From Chrysomallon squamiferum (Eukaryota; Animalia; Mollusca), in contig CM022672.1 in the NCBI GenBank assembly GCA_012295275.1, positions 17,918,001 to 17,982,000 on the forward strand: a stretch of DNA of 64,000 nucleotides, read 5' to 3'. Positions 56,612 to 64,000 of the stretch are shown here, one piece after another (positions within the stretch are counted from its first letter, which is position 1; each line of letters begins with the position of its first letter). Position numbers and translations under genes: made by a program. Below the pieces are notes generated by a model that saw only the letters and a list, made by a program, of their open reading frames with translations, had not been told where the DNA came from and searched no databases.

Positions 56612-57309
56612 GCCTCTACCACCACGTCTGCTACTATCACCAAACCATTACTACTACTACTACTACTACTACTACTACCACTACTACTACAATTACTACT
56701 ACTACTAATAATAATAATCAAACAAACTCAGCTACTCACATACATATACACACACCACCACCACCACCACCACCACTAGCACCAAAAATATATATTTAAA
56801 AATATCATTTCTACTGACACTACAACTAGAGAGAATCAAAATTCGGAACAACACAGCAAAGTGACAATAAAAAGTCGATACAATAATAGTCTGTTATCTG
56901 ACACTTGACCAGAAGATCATAAAAATCTGCAGCGGTCGTTTCAGAAGGTTCTAGCTCTTTGTTAACTGTGGATATAAAAACCAAACAAAACAGCACACCT
57001 GCATTAGATAACAGCTGTAGACGAATCTACTGCTGCACGAATAAACCCTATTATTTTGGGGGATTTAAAAAAAATAAAAAATAAAAAACTAAATAAATAA
57101 AATTAAAAAATTAAAAAATTATATTTTTTCTTTGCTACTTTTTTTTTCTTTCTTTTTTTGTTTTTCTTTATTCTTTCATCTTGACAATTTTATTTAAGAC
57201 AACGATGGCGCATACATATTTTATCAAATTCTGGACTAGCCCATTAGAATTAACTGCTTGGTCCATAGGAAGAAGGCACATAACGTCTGAAAAACAACAA
57301 CAACAAAAG

Positions 57310-57615
57310 AAAAATATACAGACTTGTGAAGGAATACACATATATTATTATACTTTCATTTACCGAGCTTAGTACATCTCAAAACAAAAATAATATTTAT
57401 ACATATATTATTATAACTTCATGGAACCTGTCTTTCAAAACAAAAATATACAGACTAGAATAATACAAATATTATTATACTTTCATTTACCGCTGTATTC
57501 AAAACAAAAATTATATAGACTGGAGAAGGAATATACATATATTATTATACCTTCATGTATGAAGAAAATCATCACTAAATATACAGACTAATGAAGGAAT
57601 ACAAAATATTATTAT
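57310..57615. repeat. Degenerate tandem repeat (AAATATACAGACT..GAAGGAATAC..ATATTATTATAC), 4-5 units
   Basis: The motif recurs at about 57312, 57445, 57510 and 57578. Confidence 0.7.
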
Positions 57616-57619
57616 TTTC

Positions 57620-57885
57620 AAGATGGAACATTAAATTTCATTTATTTTGTTACCAAATACTGAAAATTCAAACAAAAAACTTGCTGTAATTCAAGTTTTC
57701 AATTCATTTAATTATGAAAAAAAACTCTAGATAAAATGTTTCACAGCAAAAAAAGGTGTTTTAAGATGGAACATTTTATTTATTTTGTTACCAAATACTA
57801 AAATAAAACAAAAATATATAAATAAAGTTTTAATTCATTCTATAAAACATACTACAAAAATATTTCACAGCAGACAAAGATATTT
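57620..57885. repeat. Tandem duplication, ~143-bp unit x2
   Basis: AAGATGGAACATT...ATTTATTTTGTTACCAAATACT...TTTCACAGCA occurs at 57620 and 57763. Confidence 0.8.
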
Positions 57886-57917
57886 ATAGATTTTAATGCC
57901 TTTATATATATCTACAT

Positions 57918-57951
<34 letters not shown>

Positions 57952-58693
57952 CCATACATACATATATACACAAACATACACGGATATAAACTTATAATTT
58001 TTCATAGATCAAAAAAAAATGATCATACATTTTATAAAACAGAAAATATAAAATATATTTAAAAACATATTAAGTATTTAAGTAATAAAAGATTTATAAA
58101 AATTTAAATAGTGAAAAATAATAATACTTAAATGAAATAAAATATACTGATTTTAAATATTTATTAAGAAAGAATAACAAATGTCAGAAAATTTGTTTTT
58201 ATAAAAATATCTCTATAAAATTGCATTTAACTGTTTATACATTTTGAAATGTTTAAAATTTATCCTCTAAAAGTATTTAATTATTTAAAAACAATTTGAT
58301 TATTTATTAAAAACACACACATACACACACACACACCACATACAAAACGGCGTTTAAAAAATTACAAAACAGTATTGTATATTGTATAGGTATATAAAGC
58401 TTAAATTAATTTATGTGGCAAGAAGATTAGCAAATATTTGTATAAACTGGCAATATTATTCTTATTATGATTAATAAATATATATATTAACTGCTTTATA
58501 CAACGATAATTCTTAAATTAATAATAACAATAATAATAGTAATAATAATAATAATAATAGTAATAATAATAATAAATAATAATTATTATTATTATTATAA
58601 TTATATCATTAACAACAACAACAGTAAGACATTACAAAATCAAATAACAATACACTTTTTAAAACAGGAACAAACAAAACAAAACAATAACAG

Positions 58694-58777
58694 TGAATGA
58701 ATGAATGTTTAACGACACCCTCCAGCACCCGAAAAGCAGACTGACTACTGGGTGTCAGACAAACTCATGAACACAAC
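58694..58777 (-). mobile_element. Short 5'-truncated retroposon 3' end (stem-loop + (ATTC)n tail)
   Basis: The minus strand reads GACACCC...GGGTGTC stem, then GTTAAAC(ATTC)3. AACAATAACAG flanks both sides (58683-58693 and 58778-58788) as a possible TSD, though in low-complexity context. Confidence 0.5.
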
Positions 58778-58831
58778 AACAATAACAGGCAATAACAACA
58801 GCAGCAACAATTAAATATTCTAATAATAATG

Positions 58832-58864
<33 letters not shown>

Positions 58865-58936
58865 TACTGTAATCGAGTAATAATAAAATAATTTAAAAGA
58901 CAGATATAATAAGTATCAGTAATTTAACTGTACTTC

Positions 58937-58969
58937 AACAACAACAACAACAACAAGAATAACAACAAC

Positions 58970-59029
<60 letters not shown>

Positions 59030-59068
59030 AAGAAGACGACGACGACGACGACGAAGAAGAAGAAGAAC
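58937..59068. repeat. Compound trinucleotide microsatellite (CAA)(TAA)(GAA)(GAC)
   Basis: Successive runs, each differing from the previous motif by one base. Confidence 0.9.
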
Positions 59069-59524
59069 AAGTGACGGCGTATATTCCTACCTAGCCAGAT
59101 CTGCAGCTTAACGCAAGATGACAGCAAAACAACATTCTTTTCAGGTTTGGCCTCGTGATTTATCTCGGTTTAGGGAGGCAATTTTGAGGAAGAGGCGGGC
59201 TTGCGTGAGATAAATTGAGTCTGATATCTGTCACACAGGATGTTTTTTAATGCAGTGTGCAGTAACTTAAGACACAGTCTATCTTTTGAAGCAAGACATA
59301 ATGCTCTTTCTGGTTCACTATAAGATAAAAGCTTTGGCTGTTGTCCAAACGATCTGCACATAACTGGAGAATTTTAATAAAACTTGCAGTTTAAGTTAAT
59401 AGCTTCCAGAAAGTTAAAAGTATTTTGCGAAGTCTGCTTTAAGTTAAAATGTTTCAATTTACTTAAGCATCGTTTGGGAAAGAAGTTTCTATGAACAAAA
59501 TATTTTCGTAAATTCGGTACTAAC

Positions 59525-59565
<41 letters not shown>

Positions 59566-62078
59566 ATTTATCTGAAATAACTAATTTGATGCATTTACCT
59601 AAAAAAAATTAAAAAAAAAAAAAAAATTATTCCTTATTTCTCTTCGTCATTTTAGCATGGAACAGCCATTTCCAAAATAATTTTGTATTCATTACGATAT
59701 TGTCCATATTCTTCATACTAACTCTTCATACTATGAAACATAACGTAAGCTAAAATAGTGCTAAGATAGCAAAAAAAAAACGACTCACACCAGCGACTTT
59801 GAAATACTAGACGTTAATCTCTGAACTTCCCGACGTCTCCCCTTTCCAATTGTAGATCATTAGATACTTAGAAAGCTAAACTGATCAGAGGACATTTTGT
59901 TCGCCCAACAACATCAACAGTAACAATGAATGTTATAAACATTTGGCTAGACTCTTTAGAACCAGATATGGCTCGTCAGACAAACATTCCCTGGACTCAG
60001 CATAATTATATATAAAACACAGAACCACCCGTATCATTAGACCAAGTTGGTGTGAATGACCTCGAATGGTTTTCATTGGGTTACAAGATGGCACACACAC
60101 ATTCGTGACTAACAGCCATAATTCTTTATTTAGCTATACTGGGGTCTGCCAGTTTTCACCTTGTTGACTAAACTGAAAGCCAGCATTGAAACCCGTGTTA
60201 AACTGGATCTTAAAATATACCAGTAGTGTCCTACTAGTACGTTTATCCAATTAGAAAAAAATATATATTCAATGATCAAGATTAAAAAAACACAAGGTCA
60301 GCGTCTTTCCACAGGAAAAGATCGTCTTCGAGGTTGCACAGTGAGCACGTTTCAGGGTGTAACGGTTTTAAAATTATCCAAAATAATGCAGTGAAGACTT
60401 AGCTATACTGTCAAGGGACCCAAATGCATTTTCATTTATTGTGCAAATGAGCTAGATGCTTTGAATTAGCTTTGAACATTAGCCATTATCATTTAACTGA
60501 ATGGATTAACCATGACCAAATCTCGCCAGCGTTCCCTGTAATTATTTAAAACCACTGAGCAAAAACAGACATTATCTGTGACCAAAACAATCGTATTTTG
60601 TCAGTTTAAATAAGGAAACATTTTGACATTAGCGTCTCCAATACAACCAATGAGCAGTGAGGAGAACATTGGTCATAATTGAAACAAATATTGAATGGAT
60701 TACTTATTCAAAATGATAAAAGTCTTACTTGTACCAAACAGTTTGGGGTTTTTTTTTCATCACTGCAACATTTCTGAAAAAATGATGTGTAACTTTACAC
60801 ATATTGTTTTTTTAAAGACAGCATTATTCAGGAGGAAATGACGTCTTTAGACTTACAAATGCAAAACAAATATTGTTTTCCCACAAATCATATCTGTTTT
60901 GTAAAATACTCCCAAGTACAAATTCTCTTTATCACCCCTGTAGCTTGCGGCAGAATAAATAAAAAAGTCTGTAACTAAAAAACATTTATTATTTCGCATT
61001 GTGCGTCTTTGTTAACTGAAATGGACATGATCGAAGTCTACATACACTAAGCATATATTTACACATCAAAGGAAACAAAATAGTAATGAAATACACTGTA
61101 TTCACTCTTAAGATACTTTGTAAGGTTCTTTAGGACATTTTCTGCCATTAAGGGTGCCGAGGGGTGAACAAACAATACTTTTTTTTCCCCTTTAATATGC
61201 ACTTTATGTATGACGTTTAAATGAATTGCTACTTTCTCTTTTTTATAATCCATTGGTGTTTTTTTTTCTTTTTTTAAAAAAGACCCCAGATAATACATTT
61301 AAAACTAAAAATATAAATTACAAGTTTTAAATATCATTCTTTGAAGAAAGTAACTACTGCACGATTTTGGTGACTAAACCAAACAGTAAGTGAAATGACA
61401 ACAGCCAAAGTATGTAGGTCTCATAAACCTCTTTTAAACTTCATAACAATTCCAAAGTGAACACAGGTTTGTACACGATTAGAAAAATACACTCAGGTTA
61501 AAGATAATGTGTATTTGTCGTAACAATAATAACAATTAATAAAAGTTTCAAGTAATAATAATAATAATATGAATTTAACTCTCTAAGAAAAAACCTAGAA
61601 TCTAATATTTTTCTTCCAAAGTGAAAACATTTTCGGTAATTAGCACTGATTTATGATTAATTTCTTTATAAATGTCATAAAAATAAACAGTAATAATTAT
61701 AACAATAAGTACATTTAAAAAACAAATATTTCAATCACATAGGTAAATGGAATCATCAGCTGGAAACAAATATAACAACAGAACAAAAACACATATTGCA
61801 AATACACATTTTCACACGCACAAACGTTATTATGTTGATTATAAACAAACATCTAGCAAAAATAACTGTGTCCAATACTGAGCACAAAACGTCCGATACA
61901 CAAACTATACTTCAGATATGGTTATTACTAACTGAAAGTTAATACAGAGCCACTATACACGTTTCCCAAAATATAAAAAAGCTATATGTAGTTCGGATAA
62001 AGCACAAGCCTATATAGAATGATTATATGTAAACAAAACTGAAAGGTTCATTCAAACCTCAGCTTTATATTTATACTG

Positions 62079-63998
62079 TTAGTCCACTTCTTCTACAGTG
62101 GGACCTTGACCTCCGCCGTAACCTTGACCACCGCCGTAACCTCCACCGGGCTGACCTGCAGACTGACCTCCGCCGTGCATCTTCATCATGATCGGCCTGC
62201 AGACGTTTTCCACTTCTTTCAGCTGATACTCGTACTCTTCTTTGTCGGCCAGCAAGTTGGAGTCCAGCCACTTGAGCGTCTCGTCGCATTTGTGAATCAC
62301 CGTGTCCTTGTCGGCCTGCGTGAGCTTGTCCCCCGCCTCGTTCACGGACTGGCGCGCGCTGAAGATGTAGTTCTCCAGCTGGTTTCTCGCCGACACTCTT
62401 TCCTTCTGCTTCTCGTCCTCTTCTCGGTACTTCTCCGCGTCGTTGACCATCCTCTCGATTTCTGCCGCACTCAGGCGACCTTTGTCGTTGGTGATGGTGA
62501 TCTTGCTCGTCTTCCCCGTGCTCTTGTCCTGAGCCGAGACGCTCATGATGCCGTTGGCGTCGATGTCGAAGGTGACGTCGATCTGAGGAACGCCACGCGG
62601 AGCTGGTGGAATGCCGTTCAGTTCGAATCTGCCGAGAAGGTTGTTGTCTTTTGTCATGGCCCTCTCGCCTTCGTACACTTGGATAGTGACCCCAGGTTGA
62701 TTGTCGGCGTAGGTGGTGAAGATCTTGGACGTCTTGCATGGAATGCGTGCATTTCTTTCTATGAGTTTCGTCATGACGCCGCCAGCGGTTTCGATTCCAA
62801 GTGACAGCGGAGCGACATCAACCAGAAGTACATCTTTGATGGCCTCGCTTTTGTCACCAGTCAGGATAGCTGCTTGCACTGCGGCTCCATAAGCTACAGC
62901 TTCATCAGGATTAATGGACTTGTTCAGCTCTTTGCCATTCATGAAATCCTGCAGAAGTTTCTGAATCTTTGGAATCCTCGTAGAACCGCCGACCAGTACA
63001 ATCTCGTCAATTTTGGACTTGTCCAGCTTGGCGTCCTTGATGGCCTTTTCCACTGGCTCCATGGTATTGCGGAACAGATCGGAGCAAAGATCTTCGAATC
63101 GAGCTCGAGTGATCTTCGTGTAGAAGTCAATTCCTTCAAACAGCGAGTCGATTTCGATGCTAGCCTCGGTGCTGCTCGACAAGGTTCTCTTGGCGCGTTC
63201 ACAAGAGCTTCGCAGACGACGGACGGCTCGTTGGTTTCCGGATATGTCCTTCTTGTGTTTCCGCTTGAACTCGTCAATCAGATGATTGACCATTCGATTG
63301 TCGAAATCTTCGCCTCCCAAATGGGTATCCCCGGCAGTCGACCTGACCTCGAACATCGACCCTTCGTCGATGGTTAGAATGGACACATCGAAGGTTCCAC
63401 CGCCGAGGTCGTAGACGAGAACGTTCTTCTCGCCTTTCAGGTTCTTGTCAAGGCCGTAGGCCAACGCCGCGGCCGTCGGCTCGTTGATTATTCGCAAGAC
63501 GTTCAAACTGGCGATGACGCCGGCGTCTTTGGTTGCCTGTCTCTGGGAGTCGTTGAAGTAGGCAGGCACCGTAATGACGACGTCCTTGCACGTTTTCCCA
63601 AGGTACGCTTCTGCCGTCTCCTTCATCTTCGTCAGTACCATGGAGCTGATTTCCTCAGGTGAAAAGATCTTTTTTTCACCTTTATATTCGACCTCGATCA
63701 TCGGCTTGTCGTTTCTGTTGATGATTTTGAACGGCCAGTGCTTCATGTCAGCCTGCACATGCGGGTCGTTGAACTTGCGGCCTATCAGTCGCTTGGCGTC
63801 GAAGACGGTGTTGGCCGGGTTGACAGCTACCTGGTTCTTGGCAGCGTCCCCCAGCAGACGTTCACTGTCGGTGAAGGCGACGTAACTGGGTGTCGTACGG
63901 TTACCTTGGTCATTGGCAATGATTTCCACTTTCCCATGTTGAAAAACGCCGACACAGGAGTACGTCGTTCCTAGATCAATACCGACGGCTTTAGCCAT
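62079..63998 (-). CDS. HSP70: Heat shock protein 70, cytosolic, intronless, inducible type
   Basis: 639-aa ORF with the HSP70 signatures [22 protein letters not shown] and [15 protein letters not shown], plus C-terminal GPTVEEVD. No introns, no GGMP repeats, and the extra Ser in DEGSMFEV that is typical of inducible invertebrate HSP70s rather than HSC70. Confidence 0.98.
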   Translation of the reverse strand: MAKAVGIDLGTTYSCVGVFQHGKVEIIANDQGNRTTPSYVAFTDSERLLGDAAKNQVAVNPANTVFDAKRLIGRKFNDPHVQADMKHWPFKIINRNDKPMIEVEYKGEKKIFSPEEISSMVLTKMKETAEAYLGKTCKDVVITVPAYFNDSQRQATKDAGVIASLNVLRIINEPTAAALAYGLDKNLKGEKNVLVYDLGGGTFDVSILTIDEGSMFEVRSTAGDTHLGGEDFDNRMVNHLIDEFKRKHKKDISGNQRAVRRLRSSCERAKRTLSSSTEASIEIDSLFEGIDFYTKITRARFEDLCSDLFRNTMEPVEKAIKDAKLDKSKIDEIVLVGGSTRIPKIQKLLQDFMNGKELNKSINPDEAVAYGAAVQAAILTGDKSEAIKDVLLVDVAPLSLGIETAGGVMTKLIERNARIPCKTSKIFTTYADNQPGVTIQVYEGERAMTKDNNLLGRFELNGIPPAPRGVPQIDVTFDIDANGIMSVSAQDKSTGKTSKITITNDKGRLSAAEIERMVNDAEKYREEDEKQKERVSARNQLENYIFSARQSVNEAGDKLTQADKDTVIHKCDETLKWLDSNLLADKEEYEYQLKEVENVCRPIMMKMHGGGQSAGQPGGGYGGGQGYGGGQGPTVEEVD

Positions 63999-64000
63999 GT

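Noticed and set aside
62071-62739. 222-aa alternative-frame ORF inside HSP70
   Set aside because: Arg/Gln/His-rich shadow frame of a GC3-rich CDS, with no independent signals.
62106-63974. Long + strand ORFs antisense to HSP70 (62106-62804, 62874-63377, 63738-63974)
   Set aside because: All are in exact codon register with the HSP70 CDS. This is the known antisense-ORF by-product of HSP70 codon usage, and here it is interrupted by stops.

Overview
AT-rich, microsatellite-dense animal genomic DNA, most likely a mollusc or other lophotrochozoan (inferred from the HSP70 type and repeat style). I can support two protein-coding genes, arranged convergently. (1) A PP1 glycogen-targeting regulatory subunit (PPP1R3B/C-like: RVxF motif plus CBM21 domain) whose CDS lies in one exon at 34699-35658 (+). 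It appears to be preceded by non-coding 5' exons (15545-15717 with an ideally spaced TATA/Inr, and a 54-nt cassette at 24348-24401) and by a second CCAAT/E-box/CRE promoter near 30 kb. (2) An intronless inducible-type cytosolic HSP70 at 62079-63998 (-), whose promoter is outside the window. The rest is intronic or intergenic: simple repeats, a 38-bp polypyrimidine minisatellite, MITE-like and SINE-like remnants, a direct-plus-inverted duplicated element, a long palindrome and several transcription-factor motif clusters. I found no prokaryote-type system such as a CRISPR array or operon. The most interesting candidate is inferential: a splice-dependent upstream-ORF switch on the glycogen-targeting gene. 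All regulatory calls are motif reads by eye and need expression data.
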